This document shows positions 1 through 13,800 of a DNA stretch of 52,574 nucleotides, one piece after another. The position numbers and the translations under genes are program-made. Source of the DNA: Paraphysomonas bandaiensis (taxonomy: Eukaryota; Protista; Chrysophyceae); assembly GCA_965644295.1 (NCBI GenBank), contig CBFFRP010000116.1, positions 1 through 52,574 on the forward strand, written 5' to 3'. The notes beneath the pieces were generated by a model. The model was not told the origin of the DNA and searched no databases. It was given only the letters and a program-made list of their open reading frames with translations. Each line of letters begins with the position of its first letter. The stretch's first letter is position 1.

Positions 1-497
1 CATTTATATATATCACTATATATTGCAACATATTTAATAATTGCATTTGGTCTTGCAAATATTGTTATTATTATTTTTCTTTTTGCTATCCGTAAATACG
101 AATGCTTATTTTAACCCGTAAAGTATTATGATAGGAGTGTATGTAGGTACTCTGCAGTACGTTATGGTGTAGGACATTAAGGGATTTCTATATGACTAAA
201 TCATACACTGGACTACACACTGGGAATGTCTGAGTGACGACATTCATGGCGGCAAATATCAAGAAAGCTCATTGTCCAACAAGAAATAAACCTAAACCAA
301 TCAATTAGCTTCATATATGTCATGCATAATATGTTCAGCTTTAAATAATATAGCCCAGCTAAACATAGACGGTGGTCTTGGGATAGCAAAAAATAGCAAC
401 GCACACAATACCCTTCGGTGTTATCTCTCAGAAGTCGATAAATATATATATAGCTACAGGAATTCTTACTGTATGACAGATGGAAACCAAACAGTCC

Positions 498-3400
498 TCA
501 AGACGCCAGCGCATCCACCTTGTCAGATTCAGTCGATGAAGAGTCATACAACGACAGGCGACTAACTGAGCTATCATGTGAGCTCTGGTATAGAGCGTTG
601 CTAATCGACGAGCTGGAAATCGAGTATTCATCACGTGATCGAACGCTTTTACTACAGGAGCTGTCATGTTGACTATCCGAAAACTCAGAAGATGAAGGGG
701 TGGAGTAAATTTCGCCACGGGATGACTCACCACTAGTAGAGGAAGGAGAATCCTCGCGATGTTCACTAATATTTCCCGAGTCCAACACATCGCCCCTTGT
801 TTTCGCCTCATACTCACTATCTGAGACTGCGTAATACAGCTCATCGAGATCAGAGATGCCGGTCAGCTTTATTCGCATTGCTTCATTTTCAACAGGGGCT
901 CTTTCAGTGGCATTGTCATACTCATCCCCATTTGAGGAATTAAAACTACTTGACCTAATCCTCACCGAGAGCTCTTCGCAAGCTGTTGATATACCAGTTC
1001 GGCGTGTAATATTGTATTCCTCATCACTCACACTGCCAACACTTCTATCCGATTCGTAGCCCAGGACACTGTTTCTCGATACCTCTGCACTGTCTAATCC
1101 GAATGAGCAACTGTGTTGTCTCACAATGTTGGCTGGAGAGACAGTAGGCACCCACTTCGACCTTTGTTGAGACAAATTTCCGTTATCACTGCAATTCGAT
1201 GCAAGTCTCCATGTGACCTGGCCAATTTCAGATGATTCAGCTTCTGATGATATATCAACTATTGGTGACATACTATCAGGTATTGGCTTGGTAACTGTAC
1301 GCTTTGTTACCACGCTCCTTACACACTCGATCAAAATGACACCTAGCAACATGTAGCCGTACAATGGGTTGGACTGAAGGTTGGAAAACAGTACAAACAC
1401 AAATGCGACTATAATTGGCTGTGCGGTATGAAGTATAACTTGCTGAACGCGGATATTTACGGTTCCAATATATTTGAGTAGAGTCATTAATATTGCAACA
1501 ACACTTACACGCCCCAATAATCCCATAACACCCCCTCGTGTGTGACTCCTACAGCGCTTCAACCCCAGCATATTACTACTGCCATTTTCTCGCCAATCGC
1601 TGCTCATACGTGACGGTGGATAGTAGGAGTGAAACGCCAGCACAATTGAACTCTCAAATAAATCACTGAAGTTTTCAGCGACTCGAGTGCTCACAAAGAA
1701 ATATGAAGGTGTATCTAGCGGGGGGCGCTTTCTCTTCACTGTTGAAAAAGCGTAATCAATGGTGTCCGTAAGGGCCGTAATTGTGCGCTCTACATCAGAG
1801 CTAACAAGCTAGGAGTGGTATTAACACGTGACAGATATTAAGCAATCACTTACTTGCGGGATATTATAATTGATCCATACACATTCAGAGGTCTCGTAAA
1901 ACACAACTTCAATGATGAGTTGAATAGCGCATGCTACGCAGTACCCTTTTTGCCAGCCATAGGACCTGGTCATACCACGAAGGATGGAAAAATAGGCAAA
2001 AAATAAGTTCAAAAAGACAACACAAATCCATGCCAGGATCTTTGCTGTCTTGGTGACTACAAATGAGTGCTTGAAACTGCAAGTAACGAATCTTACATAA
2101 CAAAATTATGGAATTTTAAATCTACGTACTCCTCCTCAGTCTTCGTCTGAAATATTTTTCCAGCCGGACTATTTCGCCCAAGGAGATCAATAACAAACAG
2201 GTGAAGCAACTCCAATCCTAAACACGTACAACATAACAGCATATTCGCTACATGGATAACTGCACTGACGCACCTATATGTACATCTGTCGCGATCCGTA
2301 GTTTATTGATTTTTTCGTTGCATATAGAAGACACATTCTTCATTTCCATGTCAATCAAATTTTCAATCGATGGTGTACACGGAAATGTCGAAACCCTATC
2401 AGTCTTAAAACGACCGATTCTGGCGTCCCAACTTCAAGCAACAGTTACTTATACACAGATATAAATACGATTCGTCTTACCCCCATCGTTCATCAAAATC
2501 TCGAAGACTTTCTCCAGTTAAAATGGCACGTTGATCATTGAAATCTTCTAAAAATTGGTCATATGTGACTGAAACCATCATCTCGTTGGTAATTTCTTCT
2601 GGTCTCACTGATGATGTCGATCGAATCTCATGGGATGGTATCTTGCCGCAGCGTCTCGCCAGTTGGGGTCCTCTTCTATGCGCCTTACTGTTGCACACAA
2701 TTGCATCAAGACTAATTGTGCTGGACTGACTCAGCACATTAGAATCCCCCCTTTCAGTATCTTCAATGATATCTTCACTCGAAAGTCGCCTGAAGGAGTT
2801 TCCCAGTGCACCCCTGGCTAAGGCGTGGCTCTGTATTACTGCTGGGGGCAGTGTGCGAGTAGTTTCACTAAATGGCCGATTTCCCACTTTCGCTTTATTT
2901 ATACTATTAACAGCTGCATCCAAGGAAGACCTAACTACACTGGATGGTCTTCGTGCCACCTGCTTCATTCGGCGTCCCATATTCTGTACCAAAGAATCTA
3001 CTTTATTTTCATCCGCTGTTGGGGCGCTCAATATGTCCTGCCGCATTGCACACATTATACAAAAACCAATGGTGCATTAATTCAAACCTCGAAGAGAAAA
3101 TCAACAACCAGATTTATGGGCGCGGTGAGAACAGCTATCAGCACAGATATAATGACAATAACCTAGCAAGTCTGTCAACAGGAAACATATCATGTGTACA
3201 TCGTCACTGCACCTTATACGATATCGTCGGCTCCACCCATACACATGAGCCACCGCCATCGTCGCTAAGATTCCACTCACACGTGGTCGTACTCGTATCG
3301 AACATCGACCGTTCTGACAGACATGATTTCTCGTCGACATATGTACCACACGTGCCATCATCAGTGGGGTACTCAACATCATAGAAAATTGCAAGCAAAA

Positions 3401-6400
3401 ACATCAGCATCGTCTGCACAGTTAACATATGCAGCCCAGCTTGTAGCCGTATTTCTTCAGCACCTGGTCCACTGGCTGAAAACATAACAACATATCTGTC
3501 CAGTTGGCTTTTATGACAAAAAAAGTGTGAGGCGAACATCTCACCTGTGGTGCTTTGCTACCTCGGAAAGTAGGCACTGCCATGAAGAGCCATCAGACCG
3601 AAACACAGACGGCACAAGTTCCCTACGTTGTATAAATGAAGTTCAAGTACGTGTACAAACTTAAACACAATACCTGATATAATTAAGCAAATACTTTTTC
3701 TGCACGCTCGTGTCACTCTCCTCTAAGCCACATTTAGTATTTCGATTCCTAACTACTGATTTGTGTTGAATCTTGTTTCGTTTATGCGTGAACGATACAC
3801 GAGTTAGTTCTAGCATGGAAACCAAACCTACCGCCCACATAGAAAAAAACATGATGATCACTAGTAAAACATCCCTACGAAAATCGTATTACACAACGAG
3901 TGTATTTGCATACATATGTACAATACCTAACGCCACCAACTGTAATATTATCTGACTCCAAAATAGTTTCAACAAAATCAGTATACGAGTTTTCCATTAT
4001 AGCAGCTACTTCCAGTGAACCAGAAGAGCGTACTGTGCTGTCGCCAGTTGACGACAACAATCTTTTCGATTGCGCGTAGTTGATCATGCACCAACATGTT
4101 GTATCGGTCACAGTGAAATCAACCACTTCGCATGCGTTGCTTCCAGAATCCAGAACTCCACCAACGAGGACACGACACACTGGCATTGTCTGGGAGATTG
4201 GGCAAGTGGTTTTCAGTATTCTTGGAGTTCCGGCGCACTCGTGGGAGACTATCGAATTTGATCCTGGACAAGTATAGTTGTGTGTGCTGTGCTCGTTATC
4301 TGAGCACCTTGTCGTGAAAGACGTGTTTGTGGTGTTAAATAAGCTGTCGTGTAATGTATAGTGATTTCGAAGCACCACTGTAATTTCTTCAAATGCTTTC
4401 CCGCTAGTAGCGGTCGAAACTCGAACATTTATCGGGTTACAGGTAAAATTAGAGTTGTTTCGATACAACTTAGCTGCGGTTTCAACAACACTTACAGCGA
4501 CGGAGGACACGCCTTGTGTTTCACTTCCATTGATTATAACCATGGACTTCTGAATATCAAGAGCCTCCTCCTCACTCGTTCGTGGTAATGTAACCGCTAA
4601 CCCATTCCCATCCAATGTTCGCACAGCAGACACAACCCGTGACAAGGACTGTACATAGGTCACATCTTTTTGACCCTCCACTATCTGTGAAGAAATTAGG
4701 TCAGAGTACTTGTCGACCAGTTCGGCGGATGATGTCCAGTTGCTGAAGGTAGTTAACCGTCGTCGAGATGACAGAGTTGTAACAATTGAGGAGCACGTAT
4801 CAATCGCTCCATATACGTTAACCACATCATATGCCAATTCGAGTTCACCAGCACTATCGAGCAAGAAGTCTACAAGATCATACAATATAACACACGCATC
4901 GGGAGTCAGCTCAACAGGATTCGCAGACAATTGTGACACCGTAGCAACAGTACTTCCGATGTTATCCGGGGTAGGTTCATTGTACATAACAGTTGTTGAC
5001 ACAGAGTCAATTAAGTGCCACCTCGACTGCTGCTTAATTTCAAGCACCTCAGTTGATATATCACAAGCGTCACCAGAAAAGCCGTTGTCACAAATACAGA
5101 CAGCTCGACAAGAAACATCATCAGCTCGACAACTATCTGTGACCTTTCCCGTCGAAATTTCTTCCATTTGACATGTCCCTCTTCTCGTACAGTTGCGAGG
5201 ACATTGTTTCAACATGTACTCGCAAACTTGATCCGTACAGCTCTGATATATTCCACAGTCATTATTCGTACTGCAGAACAAACCCAGTGTATCCATATTC
5301 GAAGAGCCCGAGTAGCACATAGAATTCGCATCTCCTTCTGCTCCAAAGTATCCAGTCCAGCATTTACCACAAGAGTGCGATGTAGAGGCACAACCATTCC
5401 GATGGAGTGAAACGCAATCAGGGGCTAGAGAACAATTTACTGCATTGATAACGCCAGTGAGTATGGCAATTGCCTGCGTAGTCGAATCTATACTGCTTTC
5501 ACCTTCCTTTAAAAGGTTAATAACAAGAGTTGACAAGTCTTCTGAGGTCGAGGTTACTGGCTCAACAGTTACAGTGTAAAACTCCATAGCATTGGCATCC
5601 ATCAAATTGTACACGGTAACTTGACAAGTCACACTATGATTCGCACTGGGAGAGCCCGCGGGAAGAGTGCTGCCGATGTATGTCAACTCCGACCTCGCGT
5701 GCAGCGTCAACAGATCACCACTGGCAGAAATATAGCCAAACGAATACGTCAGTGGTAGCTCCGAATCTGTCCACCGTGATGCCACCATCATAAATTTGTC
5801 TTGTAGTTCATAACCACTTGTGGGGTCAACCACAAATCTGCCAGGTAAAGGGGGGGCTATCACATCCACCGTAACAGATGATGAAGTTGTTCCCACTGAG
5901 CAGGTAAACGTAAAAGAGGCTCCCATATGGAGTGTACTACCGCCCAATACAAGGTTGAATGCAGTTACTCCACCTGGTGTAACTACTCTTCTAACTTGTG
6001 TCAATGCAGATGACACCAAATCGATGCTGCCATCATTGACGAGCCACTCAGCTGTAGCAGAGGAAAATACTTCAACAAAAGCACGAACTACAACCTTTTC
6101 AGCGTAATTCACTTTTCTCGACAACAATGACAAGGAAACCTTGGGAGACAGTGGTGGAGTGATTCTGACTCTCACTATGGCGACATCAGAGCGGTTATAG
6201 GAACCAGACACTGTCAGGGTCACGAAGGTTTCTGTATTCACCAGTGACTCTGAATCAGCGGTAATGGTCACAGTTTCGAGACTTGCACTGGGAGTCAAAG
6301 TTAAACCACACCCATTGCCACTGCTATCGACAGAGTTCACACAACTCCACATCAACGAAAGGCCAGCTGCCACACCGCCGACATCATACAGATCACTGTC

Positions 6401-7870
6401 ATAACTTCCAGACCCATCCAACACAAGGGATTCCCCATATCGCATAGTCTGAACCGAACCCCCTTCAATAACAGCGACTACAGGTGACGGTAGAACGCTT
6501 ACTTCAATAGATGAAGAAGTGCTAACCTTCGATCCATCATGCGTGACAGCGAGGACTATGACATAAACTTCTCCCACATCAAGAGAATACGGCAATAATT
6601 TGAATTTGGACGAATCGGGGTTGGTGTTAATAAGATTGTCCTGTTTAGTCCCATTCTTTACAACTAACCAATCAAATGATAGTCCCCTTTGGGTTTCATC
6701 AGCCCCGCAGCTCGCCGTATATGCATGCGATGATAACACAAGCGGATAGTGTCGATACGCATTTCGTTGAGCCTGACCGACTATAGTCGCAACAGGAACG
6801 CTTGTGGCCTTAACAACAACATTGTGGGTAGCGGAACTGCATTTCTGAAGGAAGTTGCAAAGCCTAATCTCGAAAGTGTATACCTCATCGGCTTTGAGGT
6901 ACGAACCAGGAAGGGATGTGGGAGGTGTATATTTGTATAAACTACGATAGAAACGTCTGATGTCAGAAGCATTCCGAAGAGAATACGAGGAATTAGAAGC
7001 GCTGAACACATCCACAGAAAAATCGTACCAGTCACGTCCACCCGAACCACTTGACCCCGAAATATCCACAACAAAATCATCACACTGGCCGATAGTAGAT
7101 GGTGCGGATATGGATACAACTGGAGATATGGGGTTTGGAGGAGGCAGCACGATGCATGACTGGGAACTAGCTGTTGTCCATTTGGAGCACTCAACTTTAC
7201 TGGCTCCAGAAGGACACATCGCACGAAGTATGCCCCCTTTCATAGTGACAGAATCACCAACATCTATAATAGATGAAGCTGAATGAAGCCACACTGTCGA
7301 CGCACCTTCCTTCCAGCGACATACGAAACTACCAGATGCACTAAAATTAAAAAGCTGTGAGCATTGAAACTGGCTACCAAGTTCACCCATATCAGAGGCA
7401 GCATCCAGTGCAAGAATCACATAGCTTCCATCGTTAGAAAAAGTACAGGTCTGTAATTTCGGAGGCACCATGGGTACGACAGTGGGACTGAAAGTAGGAG
7501 AAAACGTAGGAAGTTGAGTCGGTGGAATCGTATCGCCGAGAAGAGTAGGTTTATGTGTTGGTCGCAAGGTTGGATGCTCTGATGGAATTGCCGTAGGTAC
7601 ATAGCTTGGAAGTGGCGAAGGAGATGAAGTGGGTACTGGCGATGGAACGGAGGAAGGTTGGGCGGTAGGTTGGTAGCTTGGTAGACCAGTTGGCACCTCT
7701 GAAGGCAGAGAACTGGGCGTAGACGAGGGATGAAATGTCGGGGAGCTAGAAGGATGAGCTAAAGGTGTTCCAGTAGGACTGGGAGATGGCATGCCCGACG
7801 GCTCTTCGGAAGGTTTTCCAGATGGCGCCCCAGTAGGTTGACCTGATGGTGCACCGGTTGGCTGACCAGA
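498..7870. repeat. Left arm of a ~7.4-kb inverted duplication (pairs with 13999-21453)
   Basis: Reverse complement matches the right arm. Paired coordinates sum to 21869 over 3875-7800 (3875/17994; 7800/14069) and to 21885 distally (1739/20146). Introns are included. Similarity ends at the stop codons. Confidence 0.97.
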
Positions 7871-9819
7871 AGGCTGAACAGTAGGCTGTCCGGAAGGCAT
7901 TCTAGTAGGCTGTTCTGATGGTGCACCAGTTGGCTGACCAGACGGTTGAACAGTAGGTTGTCCTGATGGCGCCCCACTAGGGTGGCCTGATGGTGCGCCA
8001 CTTGGCTGACCAGAGGGTTGAACAGTAGGCTGTCCTGATGGCGCCCCACTAGGGTGGCCTGATGGTGCACCAGTTGGCTGACCAGAGGGTTGAACAGTAG
8101 GCTGTCCTGATGGCACCCCAGTAGGTTGTGTAGATGGTGCACCGGTCGGCTGAACAGTAGGCTGTCCAGAAGGTATTCTAGTAGGGTGACCTGATGGCGT
8201 ACCAGTAGGTTGACCAGTCGGTTGAACAGTAGGCTGTCGTGATGGCGCCCCAGTAGGTTGTTCAGATGGTGCACCGGTTGGCTGAACAATAGGCTGTCCA
8301 GAAGGTATTCCAGTAGGGTGTCCTGATGGCGCCCCACTAGGGTGACCTGATGGCGTACCAGTAGGTTGACCAGACGGTTGAACAGTAGGCTGTCCTGATG
8401 GTGCACCACTTGGCTGACCAGACGGTTGAACAGTAGGCTGTCCAGAAGGCTCTGTTGTAGGGTGACCTGATGGCGCACCAGTAGGTTGACCAGACGGCTG
8501 AACAGTAGGCTGTCCAGAAGGCATTCTAGTAGGTTGGCCTGATGGTGCATCAGTTGGTTGACCAGACGGCTGAACTGTAGGCTGTCCAGAAGGAGTTTCC
8601 GTAGGTTGCCCTGATGGTGCCCCAGTAGGTTGACCTGATGGTGAACCAGTTGGCTGACCAGACGGTTGAACAGTAGGCTGTCCTGATGGTGCCCCACTAG
8701 GGTGACCTGATGGTGCACCACTTGGCTGACCAGAGGGTTGAACAGTAGGCTGTCCAGAAGGTGTTATCGTAGGTTGTACTGATGGTTTCCCAGATGGCGC
8801 CCCAGTAGGTTGACCTGATGGCGCGGTTGGCTGACCAGAGGGTTGAACCGTAGGCTGTCCAGAAGGTGTTATCGTAGGTTGTCCTGATGGTGCACCAGTT
8901 GGTTGACCAGAAGGCTGTCCAGAAGGTGTTACTGTAGGTTGTTCAGATGGTTTTCCAGATGGTGCCCCAGTAGGTTGACCTGATGGTGCGGTTGGCTGAC
9001 CAGACGGTTGAACAGTTGGCTGACCAGAAGGAGTTTCCGTAGGTTGTCCTGATGGCGCCCCAGTAGGTTGACCTGATGGTGCGGTTGGCTGCCCAGAAGG
9101 CTGAACAGTAGGCTGTCCAGAAGGAATTTTCGTAGGTTGTCCGGAGGGATAATTCGTCGGCAACGATGTAGGACTATCTAAATTTTAAAGAGTATCTATT
9201 ATTTCAAATATTTCTCATTTCTTATTAGTTGCTTACCAGTTGAGATTGCCTGGGTGTACAGTGAGCGAATTCTCATGGTATTTCTATGCGGCCGATAACC
9301 AATGACAGTAATGTCTTTGTCGTAATTTTCACTAAATATAAGATCACCATCCACCCAGAATTGCATAATATTACTTGTGCGAACAATTTCTACATCGATA
9401 TAGACATTCGCTGGAGGACTCGGTGCACCATACCGAATTGAAAAACTTGCTCCTTCTAAGAAGTATTGCTCGTATCCATTACCTCCATCGAATCCAAAGT
9501 GTTCTAATCCAGAGTTCGTATTTTTAAATATAAACGAAGCGGCTGTAAAATCAATTGTCTCCAAAAGTACTTCAGATTTAATGATAAAATCTCCAGTGAA
9601 TGTTACTGGAAGGCTCCATTCGAGAAACTTACCCACAGTTGATATGGAGTAGTAGCCTCCTGAGGAGTAGAATCCGGATGTTGCCGTACAGCCCGGTTGG
9701 AGCACACCGTCTAATACACCTGCATGCTCATAGGTTGTTTGGGGCTGGAAGGAGACTGTATGTACTCCGCATATGATGGAGAGCAAAAGGAGGGCGAAGT
9801 GTGTGGGGTTGGTCCACAT
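498..9819 (-). CDS. Multi-exon surface receptor A: signal peptide, beta-sandwich (ConA/lectin-like) head, PSGQ/PTxx stalk, REJ/polycystin-1-like ectodomain, EGF-like Cys region, GPS-like motif, multi-TM region, Ser-rich tail
   Basis: ATG 9819 with hydrophobic leader MWTNPTHFALLLLSIICG. A GT-AG intron at 9236-9178 joins the 206-aa ORF in frame to the 1762-aa ORF (..ISTD-SPTSLPTNY..). REJ/PKD-type motifs LVLDGSGSYDSD and SRWTDSELPLTYSFGY. Downstream exon fragments (3861-3661, 3539-3204, 3055-2477, 2012-1821, 1739-498) mirror gene B. Not every 3' splice site was resolved. Confidence 0.8.
7801..9170 (-). repeat. Coding 12-bp tandem repeat (P-[S/T]-x-x: PSGQ, PTVQ, PTGA), mucin-like stalk of receptor A
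   Basis: More than 100 tetrapeptide units visible in the translation. Confidence 0.95.
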
Positions 9820-10243
9820 GGGCTATGTGAGCAAGATACAAGTGACTAGATGAGAGGGAGCGTGCGATATGATAATATATCCATATGTATACAACTGAGC
9901 TTGAAACTATCGATTTTAATTCACCTGACAGCTGGACATACATGCACTGTACACATACAGGGGGAGACGATAGGCTGCACTGACCTGCTGGGATGATAAG
10001 GAGTATTGGTAATTATAATCATCTCATACAGCATACAGTCATATGGGAAACTGTGTCTATCACCCTCATAACAAGTACAGCATCCATACAACTTGGAACT
10101 CCATAAACTAGTAGATATGAAGATATCCATATCGAGCAGTTCTACTCATAAAATCATGTATTATTAGTATCATATTTCTCCAAAATGGGGTATTTTTAGA
10201 TTCTCTTTGCAGTATTTATATATATACTGTATATAGTATACAG

Positions 10244-10413
10244 GGGGTGGTTGTGCATATCGATTTCATCGATTTGTTCATCATTTATTTCATTGAAAAG
10301 TCATCGATTTTTCAGTGAAAAGTGAAAAAAAGTGATTTTAAAAGAAAAAACGATGATTTTTCGATGAAATAAACGATGAACAAATCGATGAAATCGATAT
10401 GCACAACCACCCC
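10244..10413. mobile_element. 170-bp palindromic MITE-like element (PIF/Harbinger/Tourist-like ends)
   Basis: About 70-bp imperfect inverted arms GGGGTGGTTGTGCATATCGATTTCATCGATTTGTTCATC... and ...GATGAACAAATCGATGAAATCGATATGCACAACCACCCC. Flanked by CAG on both sides (10241-10243, 10414-10416), a candidate 3-bp TSD. Confidence 0.75.
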
Positions 10414-10826
10414 CAGTATGGACTGCACAATATATGAGAGGGATTGCGGTTATTTACACAACTCTCGAAAATCCTGCTTTTAGTTTTACATACACAGTAA
10501 ATCGGTGGGTTTTTAATATCTAAAAACACCCGTATTTGGGATTCTTTGTTGGAGGGATGCAGGGATTTAGGGAGAAGAGTTCGATCATCCATCACTTGAT
10601 TGTGTCTGTGCTGTGACAGGCGCATATATCAGAGAAGGTTTAGCTACAGATGCCGAGAAGATGCATGTGACTCCATCACACTCCGAAGTGACTATGCGGA
10701 GATATGTATACATAACAAGAGTGAGTGTGATGGTTAAACACAACTAACAAACACACATATACACACTCTCATCAGATCAGACACTCTTCAGCCTCTTCAG
10801 TCCCAGTGCTCTGCTCATCCACTGAT

Positions 10827-13800
10827 ATGCTGCCTGAGTTGTGTCTGTTCCTCTGCGTGGCTGTTATGGGATATCAACCATCTCAAGGTAATGGTTCGTG
10901 TTATCATACTAACATAATGATCATATGATTGATTAGGCCATAATATATCTGAGTTACATCGTCACTTATCTCATCAACAACAACTCTATTCGCTCACTTT
11001 TATAGCTGGAAACGGTGAAGAGGGACACTATGATGCAATTGGGACAAACTCAAAGTTCACCCGACCCGGAGCCCTGAAGTTATACTCCTCCGATCAATAT
11101 GCATTGATTGGTGATTATACCCGTATACGTAAAATCGATATGGCTACAATGACAGTAACCACTGTGGCTGGAAATGGAAGTATTGGTAACACTGATGGTG
11201 TTGGAACCAATGCACAGTTTGTGGCGCCATATGGATTAGCAATTTCTTCAGACAATGGCTTCGCACTGGTAACGGACTTTGACAGTAATTATATACGACA
11301 ATTGTTTTTATCATCCAGACAAGTCATTACGCTTCATCAACCACTTTCTGGAGGTGGAGCACAGAATAATGCAACAGCCATTAATTTCAATAGTTCACGT
11401 GATATAGTTCTCTCTGGGGATAATACCTATGCTATTATTGTCGACGGAAATAACAATCGAATTCGGAAATTTGTGCTGAGCAACAAGGTGGTTACAACTG
11501 TTGCAGGCGGCACGGTTGGAAATGCCGATGGTATTGGTACTAACGCTCAATTCGAAAATCCCATGGGTATGTGCATGTCCTCTGATGAATCTTTTATATT
11601 GATAACGGAATTTTATGGTAATCGTGTGCGTAAGATGGTATTATCAACATCTATGGTGACTACCATTGCAGGATCTGGGGCTCGGGGTATATTAGATGCA
11701 GTGGGAACTTCAGCTTCCTTCTCTTCTCCATCGTCGGTGACTCTTTCCCAATCGGACAGTGTGGCATATGTGTCTGACCTTAGTGGAAACACCATTCGAC
11801 ACATTGATATGGCTACACTGAATGTGACTAGCGTTGTTGGAACAACAATAGATGATAATGTGAAAGGTGTAGGTACCAATGCTTTATTTAGTTCTTCTTC
11901 ACTTGGTATTTCTGATGAGGAGTCATTCATGTTGGTTTGTAGTATGAAGAGCCATCGTATTTTCAAGGTGAATAATATTCTCTCGCTCAGCACCAGTTTC
12001 CCTACTAGTTCCCCCACTGTTTTGCCGTATAATGCTACCGAGGCGAGTGTTTTATGTCACATGATATCTTCCACGAATATTGAGAGTATATTATCAGAAT
12101 GGGTATGTGGGAATACTGGTTGGTGCACTTGGACGGGAATTACGTGCGAGGAGTCGGCTATAACTCGAATTAATTTGGGGTGGAGTTTAATGACGGGTAC
12201 TATACCGTCATCTATTGGGTGTTTGACAAAGCTTACGAATTTCGATATGTCTTCTAATAGTTTGACCGGATCCTTGCCCAGTTCTTTATCATATTTGTCG
12301 AAGTTAGGAGAACTACGATTACGGAGGAATTTACTTAGTGGTTCCTTGCCATCGAATATTGGTTTGATGACCAGTTTAGGTTTGATTGATTTAAGTAAAA
12401 ATCTGTTTAGTGGCAGTATTCCTAGTTTTAGTGGACAGATGACCAAATTATCGTTGTTGAAGTTGGAAAACAATTTGTTTACTGGAGTAATACCATCAGA
12501 GTTGTCACTTCTCAGCTCTTTGAGTCGTGTGCTATTGTACAGTAATAGCCTTTCAGGAACTATTCCATCCGAACTGGGTGATATGGCGTCGCTTAATAGT
12601 TTCGTTGCCCGGGACAACAGACTGACCGGAACACTTCCCTCCTCACTTGGAAAGCTTTCTGACTTGGAAATATTGATCGTCAAGAACAATTCACTGTCTG
12701 GAACAATTCCAAGCTCATATACCAGTCTGTTTCAATTGAGAAATCTTATCTTGGATGAAAACAACTTTCAATCGACTTTTCCATATGAAATGTGCGCTAT
12801 TGGGAGTTTATCAGCATTTTACATTTCTCAGTCAGCGATTCATGAATGCCTACTTCCAACTGCTACACCCACCCCACAACCAACTTGTATCCCCTCAGGT
12901 GATCCATCAAGCCATCCTACTGGGACACCATCAGCTTACCCCACTGTTATACCTACTAGTACACCCTCAGGCCAGCCTACTGTGACACCTACAGTGCAGC
13001 CAACGGAAACCCCGTCTCAATGTCCCACTGGCGACCCCTCTGTATGTCCAACTGGTGGACCATCAGGGCAACCTACTGGGGTGCCTTCTGGACAACCTAC
13101 TGGGGTGCCTTCTGGACAACCTACTGTTCAACCGTCTGTTCAGCCAACCGGTACACCATCAGGTCAACCTACTGGGGCGCCGTCAGAACAACCCACTAGA
13201 ATGCCTTCTGGACAGCCCACTGTTCAACCCTCTGGTCAGCCAACCGGTGCACCATCAGAACAACCTACTAGAATACCTTCTGGACAGCCTACTACTCAAC
13301 CATCTAGTCAGCCAACCGGTGTACCATCAGGTGAACCTACTGGGGCGCCATCAGGACAGCCAACGGAAACCCCTTCTGGTCAGCCAACCGGTGCACCATC
13401 AGAACAACCTACTGGAATACCTTCTGGACGGCCTACTACTCAACCATCTAGTCAGCCAACCGGTGTACCATCGGGTGAACCTACTGGGGCGCCATCAGGA
13501 CAGCCAACGGAAACCCCTTCTGGTCAGCCAACCGGTGCACCATCAGAACAACCTACTAGAATACCTTCTGGGCAGCCTACTACTCAACCGTCTACTCAGC
13601 CAACCGGTGCACCATCAGTTCAACCTACTGGGGCGCCATCAGGACAACCTACTAGAATGCCTTCTGGAGAGCCTACCGTTCAACCCTCCGGTCAGCCAAC
13701 CGGTGCACCATCAGGTCAACCTACAGGGATGCCATCAGGACAGCCTACTACTCAACCATCTAGTCAGCCAACCGGTGTACCATCAGGTGAACCTACTGGG

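Noticed and set aside
7801-9170. Regular repeat array resembling a CRISPR array
   Set aside because: Contiguous in-frame coding repeats with no unique spacers, in a eukaryotic gene, with no cas genes.
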